Shown here one piece after another: positions 33,774 to 43,823 of a stretch of 64,000 bases of DNA. How positions within the stretch are numbered: the first letter of the stretch is position 1; every line of letters begins with the position of its first letter. The translations under genes were made by a program, and so were the position numbers. The stretch is from Williopsis jadinii (lineage: Eukaryota), in assembly GCA_024346625.1 (NCBI GenBank), contig AP024664.1, positions 3,844,001 through 3,908,000 of the forward strand, written 5' to 3'. Under the pieces are notes generated by a model. That model had not been told where the DNA came from and ran no database searches. It saw nothing but the letters and a program-made list of their open reading frames with translations.

Positions 33774-35754
33774 TCAAAGATTTGGAAATGAAATGTTGTT
33801 GACAATCAATGATGCTTGAGTAACAACAAATAACTTATTAACAACGTAGCGAAACATCTTTAGACTTTCATGACCAATGTCTGACGGTGTTTGCTGCTCG
33901 TGATGATCTTCACCATTTGTCAACCTTTTCAACAGCTCACGTAGCGATTCACTCACGGGAACCATACTAGTTACAATATTATCCCGCAGTATCTGCTTTG
34001 AATAAGAGTCGTAGCTTATCCATAAGTAGTTCCAAATTAGGGCCATTAAGTCTTGATTATCAGTAGATTCAGTTACAAACACGTCCGTAACCAAACCCCC
34101 ATTGGCCTGACATATATCTGACAATACATTGATCAAAGCATCGTTAATCTCCAATGTGTTTGTGAAGAACAAGCTAAGCTGTAGACAAAGTAAACCACTA
34201 ATGGGTCCTTCATCCTTGAAGGTTAGAGTTCTTGTTTTGAATGAGTCCAGTACTAGCCGAATGTGTCTCATATTAATCATTGCGTGGTTAAAGATCTCAA
34301 ATGCTTCATCTTTCAAGTCTGGCTGATCTCTTTGAATCCGTATAATTTTTGATGCCCATGAAGCAAGTACCATCGGGGATTTGAAGAATGAGGTATCTTC
34401 TGCGATATCAAATATAGTTCTTTGCAAAACCAAAATCGATCGGGATCGTACAAATATACCAATAATGTTCAACAAGTTTATCACAATATTTGGATCATCA
34501 AAGTAGTCATTTCGCACCGCACGAGCGAACAAGTCTAGAATATCTGTAGTGGTCTTATGATTCGCATCGAGGTGGTGGTCTGAAAAGCATTCCAATAAGG
34601 ACTCATGTTGTGGACTTAGATATTCGCTGTCTGGAATAATAATCCTTTCAAGTGTGAATAATAGAATTTGCAACACATTAGAGTAGCGAATATCCTTTGA
34701 GCTGAGCATTTCTATTAAAGGAGAAATGAACTTTGTATCCAAAGCATTCATAAGAAAAATCCTCAAACTATTGCTCTTCGAAGTCCTCAACATCTTCATA
34801 ACAAATGTTAAACTGGCGTCAAACTTTTCAAAGGATTTGGTGGTTAACAAGAACTCGTCTTTGTCGAAACATGTACCAGGAAGTCTATTGAAATTCAAGA
34901 GAACGCCCGCTAGTATTGAGTCCAGGAAATCGCTTTCAATGAGCCATTCCTCCAAGTACACTGATCTATTACTAATGCAAACGAGTAACTGTAGACTTTC
35001 TCTTGCAATGTCAACGTTCTGATCCTCCAGAAGTAAGAATAGCCTTGCAATTTCATACACAGGGAAACAGTTTATGGTTGACATCTTGTTGTACAAGGTA
35101 TACAAAATATCAGGTTCTTTCAAGCTCACGCCAAGCCAGTGATCCACCAAGCTTGGGTGCGTTGAGTATAATCGGCACAAGTTAAGAACAAATGCAATAA
35201 GTTGCGAGGCCAAATCATCAGAAAGCTCCTTATAGTCAAGAAATGAGAGAAGGAAAACCAGCATATACTTTGTGGACCTTTTGAGAACCTCTTTAAACTC
35301 ATCTGAATCATCATCAGAACGGCACATTAGGGCACTGAGAACCTTGTCGTGGATTCCTAGAAGATCCATGACACACGTTTCAGTTAGCTCACTCAAGCCT
35401 AGATGACAGGAGAGGAGTAATGTGTCACCTTCAAGCAAATTGTACGCCTTGTTGCCATCTACTGTCAACACTCTGTATACATCATGAATAACATCATTCA
35501 ACTTTAATGGAATGGAGTGCGATTCCTATATCCTCCAACCACACACGTTAGTAAAGCTCCCTTTTGAAAGCAATCACAGGGTAACATACACTCGTGAAAT
35601 GATCAACTAGGAGCGCATTGAGATCTTTCAAAGACTGCTGGATGTTAGCTTGGCCTTGCGTATTCCTCACCAAAGCAGTGCTTCCATCTCGTAACGCCAA
35701 GTACCGCTCTCTGATCTGGGCCGAGCCCAACCACAACGGCGAGTTCAACCCCAT
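33774..35754 (-). CDS. FHIP/FAM160 (RAI16-like) family protein, divergent; exons 35754-35590 and 35525-33774 (638 aa)
   Basis: Intron 35526-35589 (GTATGT, TACTAAC, TAG) joins a 55-codon exon in frame. Segments DIARESLQLLV..LEEWLIESDFLDSILAGV..FNRLP and LSLFFTNTLEINDAL..VLS resemble fungal FHIP blocks from memory. The gene model is solid; the family call is less sure. Confidence 0.65.
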
Positions 35755-35969
35755 CACCACGCTCTCTAACTGCTTTCAACAACACTCAACAACCAACAAC
35801 TAACAGCCAACTCTCAAAAAGCTCCTTTGGTAAATATGCTCCAATCCCCTTCTGCTCACACTTAGAGGCTGTCTTTGTGTCAACAAACATGCACATGTAA
35901 ACACACCGCGTACATAGTGAACCCCACTGGCCGTAACGATTTCCGCATTCAGTGTGAAAGGTTGGAAGA

Positions 35970-36094
35970 TGAAACAGAAAGGTAGCGGCACCTTGAGCCC
36001 ACCAGCAGCTTAGGCGGCAATCAAAAGCGTTGGAATACAGGCAGCTGAAGCAGGTTTGGTGGTAGAATTTGTGCAAGGTTTCTCATCTGTTTCA
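35970..36094. promoter_or_regulatory. Two pheromone-response elements (Ste12, TGAAACA) upstream of KAR4
   Basis: TGAAACA at 35970-35976 and TGTTTCA at 36088-36094, followed by TATAAA at about 36148 and 36228. Confidence 0.6.
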
Positions 36095-36272
36095 AGTGAC
36101 TGTGGGATTACAGTGGTTTAGGAAAGTGGGACATTCTGTTTGAGAGGTATAAAATAAGAAGCGCCTTACCGGTTTGCGTTTTGTTTGATCTGCTGGTATA
36201 ACAAGCTCAAGGTGAAGAAGGGCGAGGTATAAACAAGGACCCAGATACAAGGGAAAAGGACACTGAGCGAGG

Positions 36273-37550
36273 ATGTCGAAGCGCGATCACAAGAGTGAAG
36301 CAGCATGGAGAGGCAATGGGAATGGCGCACAGAAGAGATATGCCTACGATCGTGGTGCCATGGGCGGGTTTGGCAGCGGTGCTTCCAATACGCGGAAGGA
36401 GCCTGTTCAGAAGTTGGACCAGTCATATCAGCAACATCAACAAGCCCATCAGCGAGCATCGTCACAGCATTTGACGGTAGTGCCTACACCGCGCTCTACG
36501 CTTGAGGAATTCACAAGGCCGCCGTCCATGTGGCATCGTCGAAGCCACACTGATATGTCCTCTAGGATCCAGGATATCAAGGTGAAGCCAGGAACCTTTA
36601 AGGAGAACGACTTTACCGCTAACTACATGGTGACTGATGAGCTACCGGTGAATTTTGTTCGTAACGTTAAGAACCCGGTAGAGGGTTATCCCAAGCTACA
36701 GAGGCTATTCCATCTGAAGGAACGCCAAACTGATAAATTCGCATCAATTCCCTACGGTGCTCGCGTAGAGCTCAAGAACATGGTCCCCACGTTGAACCGA
36801 TGGATCGTCAGGGATAGATTGGTGTTCGACGTGATAATGATTGGTGGTCTCACGGAGAACCAGTTCATTTACCAATTTTTGGTACAGATTCCACTGGAGA
36901 GGCTATGCTCCAAACCTGGGTTCCTCTTCATCTGGGCATCGTCCCAGCAAATTAATGAGCTGACCAAGTTGCTGAACTCTGATGGCTGGACAAAGAAGTT
37001 TAGAAGATCAGAAGAATTGGTGTTTGTTCCAGTGAACAAGAAATCTCGGTACTACCCAACCGGGATCTCCAAAGATGAAACAGCAGCATTTGAGAGTTTG
37101 CAGTGGCACTGCTGGATGTGTATTACAGGAACCGTGAGAAGATCTTCAGATGGACACCTCATCCACTGTAACGTGGATACAGATTTAAAGATTGAGGATG
37201 AAGAAGAGAACCAAAACCAAGTTGTACCAACCCATATTTACAAAGTCGCGGAGAACTTCAGTTCTGCCACCAGAAGATTACACATCATACCCGCAAGATC
37301 GGGCTATAACAACCCTGTGATTCCAAGACGTGGATGGGTTATCATGAGCCCAGACATAATCATCGACAATTTTGATCCTGCAAGGTACAAGGCTGAGATC
37401 ATGAAGATTGGATCTAACGTGCCTCAGGACCAAGACATTGAAAACATCAGACCAAAGAGTCCAGTTCCACGTAATGCTCAGTTGCACACTGGAGGTCAAA
37501 AGCAACAACAACAACAACAACACCCTAATAATCAAATAGCTACGTATTAG
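36273..37550 (+). CDS. KAR4: Karyogamy factor Kar4 (MT-A70/METTL14-like)
   Basis: NDFTANY, EGYPKLQRL, FDVIMIGGL, RRSEELVF, HCWMCITGTVRRS and HCNVDTD motifs; near SPB1 as in YCL055W/YCL054W. Confidence 0.95.
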   Translation: MSKRDHKSEAAWRGNGNGAQKRYAYDRGAMGGFGSGASNTRKEPVQKLDQSYQQHQQAHQRASSQHLTVVPTPRSTLEEFTRPPSMWHRRSHTDMSSRIQDIKVKPGTFKENDFTANYMVTDELPVNFVRNVKNPVEGYPKLQRLFHLKERQTDKFASIPYGARVELKNMVPTLNRWIVRDRLVFDVIMIGGLTENQFIYQFLVQIPLERLCSKPGFLFIWASSQQINELTKLLNSDGWTKKFRRSEELVFVPVNKKSRYYPTGISKDETAAFESLQWHCWMCITGTVRRSSDGHLIHCNVDTDLKIEDEEENQNQVVPTHIYKVAENFSSATRRLHIIPARSGYNNPVIPRRGWVIMSPDIIIDNFDPARYKAEIMKIGSNVPQDQDIENIRPKSPVPRNAQLHTGGQKQQQQQQHPNNQIATY

Positions 37551-37660
37551 ACCTGAATGTATACTTTTTCTTCTTTATCTTTTGTATGTACTTACTCCAA
37601 AAAAGAGTCTTTCGATAATGCACAGTAATTTAGAACGAAGAAGGCAGCCAAGCTACAGCA

Positions 37661-39264
37661 TCACTTGAACCATTCTTCAACACCCTCCTTGATTGGTCCG
37701 AGCAATCCCTTTTGCTTTGGAACGTATTCAATTCTATGATATGAGTTGAGGTTCTTTCTCAAGACGATCTGGTAACACGTAGCAGAACCTTGTCTAGAGA
37801 TGATGGTAGAGTAAGCAAGGAAGTATTCCCAGATTCTAAACCATCTGACACCATATCTGTTAACAACGGAATCCTTGTTAGACATCCAGTTTCTGTACCA
37901 TCTCCACAAGGTTGCAGAGTAATCGACACCAATGTTATCGATGGAGACTGTTTCAAAGCCTGTAGCTTCCAATTTGGAAACGACAAAGTCCAAAGGAGTG
38001 GAAGCATCTGCACCAGGGAAGATGTACTTGTTCATGAATAATCCCCAGATTAAATCCTCGTATTGCCATGATTTTCTCAAACCTGCGTATTGCAAGAAGA
38101 ACAATCCATCATCGTCCAACATGTCGTAAACCTGTTGCAAGAAGGTACCAAACTTTCTGATACCAACGTGCTCAGCCATCTCCAAGCAGGTGATCTTGTT
38201 GTACTTACCTTCTGGAACTGGTGTGTCTCTGTAGTCCATACACAGGATCTTTGATTGTTCTTCTGGAATACCCTGTAATTTGAGCTTCTCGTTACCCCAT
38301 TTGGTCTGATTTCTACCCAAGGTGATACCAGTGACAGAAGCACCATAGACCTTGGATGCGTAAGTGGCCAAAGTACCCCAGCCACATCCAAGATCCAGTA
38401 ATCTCTCGCCCTTTTGCAAGTCAATCTTATCACAAACAACTTTCAACTTGTTATCCTGCAATTGCTCCAGAGACTCCTCGACGGTGATATCGGAGATCAA
38501 ACCACTTGTGTAAATCATTCTAGAGCCCAAGAACCAGGTGTAGAAGTCATCACCACGGTCATAGTGGTCACGGACTTGCTCCTCGTCTTGTGATCTTGTA
38601 TGCATGATAACCTCTGGGATCATACCCAACAGGAAGAACTTGAAGAGGGACAATGTGAATGAGAACTGTGCCCAATCGTGTCTATACTCCATGATTTCCA
38701 AAGCATCACCCTTAAAGGACACCTTGTTAGCAAAGTACAACTCGTGGAAAGTTTCCATTGGGATCTTGTTTTGGCCAGAGTACTTCTGCTTCAGCTCCTC
38801 GGTGTGGAACTCCAAGTAGTGCTCAACGCCCTTGTTTGGGAATCTGACCCTTTCATTCAATCTTGGCGAGTATGTGGATGCCAAAGTCCAGTAAACCATG
38901 AGAATAGGCAAGAATGTCAACAGCACAAAGAAGACCCATGTCTTGAATCCTCCTCCAAGCTTAGACTTGATAAACCACGGAATACCGGCAATGAGCGCAA
39001 GAACAAGCAAGTTGGAAAAATGCTTAGAGCCCGGACCATCTGCTGGCAATGGAGCATTCTTAATAGCCGGATACTATAACTGTTTGTTAGCACATCTCAT
39101 CAATTGCGAAGACACAGATGTTCCTCCTTCAGATGGAGGTGCACGGTGCACACCACCCAGATCGTACTTACGTCTGTGGTTCTGAGACCGTACTCAGTCG
39201 AAGGCTTTGGCTGTGGCTCAGCCAACGGAGGTGTTGGCTTGAACGAGTATCCCAAGAACGTCAT
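37661..39264 (-). CDS. MTS1: Sphingolipid C9-methyltransferase (cyclopropane fatty-acyl synthase family); exons 39264-39172 and 39073-37661
   Basis: YPAIKNAPLPADG, QDEEQVRDHYDRGDDFY, LDLGCGWG, EMAEHVG and YIFPG motifs. Intron 39074-39171 has GTAAGT, TGCTAAC and TAG. Confidence 0.93.
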
Positions 39265-39587
39265 TGTTTGGGATAGAAATAGTCCAATTGTGTGGTTTAG
39301 TGGGGCGTGTGTAAAGTTCCTTCCTCGTGGGAGAGGACAGAGAGAAACTTTCCACGTTTTTATAGGTAAAAATAGGCCGAAACTTCACCGCCAAAGCGCA
39401 ACACCAGCGGAAAAGACAAAAAAGCCCTCTCTGGCGCGCCATGCGGTCGTTTAAGTGTTGCTCCTACCGGGCATCTCGAGATTAAAGTTTTATCGGATGA
39501 TTACATAAGCACGCTCGGAATTTGTCACGGCTTACGTAAGCGAAATTCCGATGCGCTCTTCTTTTTGTGGTTTTCTTTCTGTCCGCA

Positions 39588-39620
39588 GCTCATCGCATTT
39601 TTGTTTGAAATTTTTTTTGA
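39588..39620. promoter_or_regulatory. PAC and RRPE-like ribosome-biogenesis motifs upstream of SPB1
   Basis: GCTCATCGC (reverse complement GCGATGAGC, PAC) followed by TGAAATTTTTTT. Confidence 0.65.
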
Positions 39621-39692
39621 AGCTTCTATCAACTTCCTCCTCTGCTCCGTACACAGGAAGCTTGCCAGAACCAAACAGAGTAGTTGTCTGCG

Positions 39693-42250
39693 ATGGGTAA
39701 AACACAGAAGAAGAACTCCAAAGGTCGTTTAGATCGGTACTACTACCTTGCGAAGGAGAAAGTACGTATGGGCGGATGAGCGCTGGGCACCTGGTAGTGC
39801 CTGGTAGTGCCTGGTGGTGATGGTTCATTAGTACTAACGCTTGTGTCTAGGGTTATAGAGCTCGTTCCTCCTTCAAGATCATCCAGATCAACGAGAAGTA
39901 TGGTCACTTTCTCGAGAAGTCGAAGGTGGTGATCGACCTGTGTGCTGCACCAGGGTCGTGGTGTCAGGTGGCGTCGAACCTTTGTCCCGTGAACTCTTTG
40001 ATCATTGGTGTTGATATCGTTCCTATTAAGCCCCTGCCAAACTGTATCACTTTCCAATCCGACATCACGACAGAGGACTGTAGATCCAAGCTGAGAGGTT
40101 ACATGAAAACGTGGAAAGCAGATACAGTGCTCCACGATGGTGCACCAAACGTTGGTTTGGGTTGGGTTCAAGATGCCTTCACACAGTCCCAGCTTACCCT
40201 CCAGGCTTTGAAATTGGCTGTGGAGAACTTGGTTGCAGGTGGAACGTTCGTTACCAAGGTGTTCAGATCGAAGGACTACAACAAGTTGATGTGGGTCTTC
40301 CAACAACTGTTCGAAAAGGTGGAGGCCACGAAGCCACCAGCTTCGAGAAACGTTTCTGCAGAGATCTTTGTTGTTTGTAAAGGGTTCAAGGCTCCAAAGA
40401 AGTTAGATCCAAGAATCTTGGATCCAAAGGAAGTGTTTGAAGAACTAGCAGATGGCCCTCAAAATAACGAGGCCAAAGTCTTCAACCCGGAAAAGAAGAG
40501 AAGAAGAAGAGAAGGTTATGACGAGGATAACTTTTTGCAGTTCAAATCCGTGCCTGTTCTTGAATTCGTTAAGTCTGATACTCCAATCGATGTTCTTGGA
40601 GAGACCAACAGGTTGGAAATTGATGAAGAAGATCCAGAGTGGAGGCTTCTTAAAAAATTGAGAAAGACCACGCCTGAGTTGATGGAATGCTTCAAAGATT
40701 TAAAAGTGTTGGGTAAAAAGGACTTCAGAAACATGCTTAGATGGAGAAAATTGGCTAGAGAATTGTTGCAACTCGATGAAGATGATAAGCCACTTGAAGT
40801 TGAAGTTGAAGAACTGAACGAGGAAGAGCTCATAGATAAGGAGCTTGACCAGGTTAGAGCTAGACAACTCGCAAAGCAGAAAAGGGAGAAGAGAAAGAAG
40901 AATGAAATGAAGCAGAAAGAAATCACAAGAATGCAAATGAACATGCTTACACCAATGGATATTGGTATCGAGGCTGGAAACATTGGACGTGAATCTCTCT
41001 TCAACCTTAAACATGCCGAGAAAACCGGTCAGTTGAAAGATTTGGCAAAGGGTAAAAGACGTATGATCTTCAACGAGGATGATTTGATTGAAGATAACGA
41101 TATCCATATTGCTTCTGATGCTGAGGTTGAATCCGACCAAGAAGTTGACGAATTGGAAGACCAATTGAATGCAATGTATGATGCTTTCAAGCAGCGTAAG
41201 AGTGAAAGAGATGCCAAGTTCAGAGCTAAGCAAGCCAGAGGAGATGATGATGATGAGAAGTGGGATGGTATTCAAGATAAGGGAAGTGATGAAGAGAGTG
41301 AAGCTGAAGCGAAGGACTATGAGGAAGAGGATGACGAGTCTGGATCGGAGCTTGATAGTGATGACGATGAAGCCATCAACAAGCTTATCGCAAAGCTCAA
41401 ATCTGAAAAGGGATCAGGGCTTAGTAAGAAGGCTGATCTCTTGTTCAGCAACTCAATCTTTGATGGCGTTGAAGCTCAGATACCAACAAAGGCTGCGAAA
41501 CAACAAGAACCAACCCCATCACCCTCAAACTTGTCCACTACGGCTTCGCTGGATTCTGATGAGGAAGTGGAGGACTCATCTGATGATGAAGGTGGTAGAA
41601 TTGAGTACGTTTCCCGTGAAGATAATGAAGATGAGGACATGCTTGACTCTGATGATGAAGATGTCAATCTCCGTAACCATCAAAAGGATGTCGAATTGGC
41701 TACTGCACAGGCAATGACAATGGCCCATCAACTTGCATTGGGTCAGAAGACCAAACATGATCTCGTTGATGATGGATTCAACAGATATTCCTTCCGTGAT
41801 AGTGAAGGTTTGCCAGATTGGTTTATTGAAGATGAAAAGAAACATTCCAAGATTAACAAGCCTATTACCAAAGAAGCTGCGCTTGCCATCAAGGAGAAGA
41901 TGAAACAATTGAATGCCAGACCAATCAAGAAGGTTGCTGAGGCTAAGGGACGTAAGAAGATGAGAGCAATGGCCCGTTTGGAAAAGCTGAAGAAGAAATC
42001 CGATTTGATTGCGGAAGACAGCGAAAAGTCTGAGAGGGACAAGGCTGATGAGATTTCCAAATTGATGAGAAAGCTGACCAAGAAACAAAAGACAAAGCCT
42101 AAGGTTACCTACGTCTATGCCAAGGGTCAGAATAAGGGTCTTAGTGGAAGACCAAAGGGTGTTAAGGGTAAGTACAGAATGGTTGATGGTGTGATGAAGA
42201 ACGAAATGAGAGCTCTTCGCCGTATTGCTAAGAAACATGGAAGAAAATGA
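39693..42250 (+). CDS. SPB1: 27S pre-rRNA 2'-O-methyltransferase Spb1; exons 39693-39761 and 39851-42250
   Basis: Spliced product [32 protein letters not shown], with IDLCAAPGSW and HDGAPNVG motifs. Intron 39762-39850 has GTACGT, TACTAAC and TAG. Confidence 0.97.
39790..39819 (+). repeat. 10-bp tandem repeat x3 in the SPB1 intron
   Basis: CCTGGTAGTG CCTGGTAGTG CCTGGTGGTG. Confidence 0.85.
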
Positions 42251-42350
42251 ACCTGTATTACATGCTTCAGTAATGATAATTGACTGGCTTCATTTGCCTT
42301 TTATTGCCATTGTTTTTTCTTTCAACATATATAGCTAATGAAATGCAAAT

Positions 42351-43823
42351 TCACTTGATCTTCTTTTCGTCTTTTGTTTCAGTTCTGTTGAGAGCAACCA
42401 AAGAACCAAAGAGCTTCATCAACAGGTATATACTTCCAATAACAACAGAGACAGATGTTACTATCTGAACTGTACTGAAATCATCAGCGTCTGCACTTGG
42501 GATTGTGAGTGGCAGGCTTGACACGTTCTTGTTGTAGTGATAGAATACTGTTGAAGGTTCAAAAAAGGACTCAAATCCCAAGTTATAGTTATCAAATGGA
42601 TTACGTTCAATCATATCCCAATCTGCCATAAACAGATCTGCTTCACATGCCCAAAACACCTCTGGAGTGGCAATCTTGAAATGGTTTTCAGTTGAAGGTT
42701 TGATATATCTGGTATGGAACTTGATATCTACACCATTGGTGTAGTCTTTGACCTTGAATAGCTGAACACTTCCAAACTTTTCAACCTTCCAATTAGGTGC
42801 CTCCAAATCGTTTTCACCCCAAGAGCTCAATAGATGCAACTTATCCTCGTTATATTGGTATTGATCAAAGAAGAGAACGCTAGGCATGGTATTCACGATG
42901 AACATTTCACAAGAGCTAAATGGACTTGTGACATTTGGAGAAAAGTCAATGTGTAAATCTGGATGCAATCCAACCGGTTGTTGGAATGATACTCCTAGCA
43001 CTGTATCCTTCACTAGAGAATGTCGTGGTTTAACTATTAGTAAAGTCTTTTCAGGTGGTTGATACTCTTCCCCAATCACAGTTCTGAACCCGACAAGCTC
43101 CAAATCACCATAGAGTTCCTTTGATTCGAATAGAGCAACCTCTTTCCTAATTTCATTAGTTCTTTCAATAGTTGAGTCAAATGGCTCCGAATTCCAAGTA
43201 ATCACCAGCTCAGACTGCTCCCATTTGATATCAAAGTCCTGTACAAAAGATATACGGTCCAGTTTTGGAGTAAGCACACTCAAAAACTGTTGGAAAGTTG
43301 AAGACTTTACCTCATCTAAGGAGTTATACGTTGCAGAGGTGGCCGTTGATATGAGGTTCTCATGCGTGAATTTAACATCCAAGTTCTTTGCTATGAACTT
43401 ACCAAACTCGTCACTAAAGCATACATGTTAGAACACAGCAGTACAGCATGAAATGAATACTTACAATACGGGTTCATATTCCAATGTTGAAGGGATGAGA
43501 TGGGCTGCGAAGCCCAGTTGAAGGAAGTTTTGGAAAACCTCTGTCCTTTTTGCAGTTTCAGAGCTCCATTGAATCCTGAACATATAGAGCTTGGAGAATA
43601 GCTGAGAAATCTATACAAAATCTAATGGTCAGTGGTGGCATTATAGGGATAGGCATTTCATAATACTCACCTCTTGTGGAAGCTCGTCCTTTGTAAGGGT
43701 TATTCGATCCTGACGTAGGCTGAACAAGGAGGATGGAATCTTCACCTTTTCATCCGAAAATAGCACATTGTCAGTATCAATATCCTCTAAGGAGTGTAAT
43801 AGAAAGGTGATTCTCTGTTTCAT
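42351..43823 (-). CDS. PBN1: GPI mannosyltransferase I subunit Pbn1 (PIG-X); exons 43823-43671, 43610-43465, 43413-42351
   Basis: MKQRITFL start, PVGLHP, FFDQYQ, DLEAP, HTRY and FWAC motifs, and a C-terminal TM plus KKIK. Introns 43611-43670 and 43414-43464 restore the frame. Confidence 0.9.

Noticed and set aside
40516..42238. Long antisense and alternate-frame ORFs over SPB1 (similar over ATG11, VPS10, POL30 and the permease)
   Set aside because: Shadow ORFs of codon-biased genes with no recognisable motifs.
43465..43610. Apparent frameshift or pseudogenisation of PBN1
   Set aside because: Two short introns restore a continuous frame.
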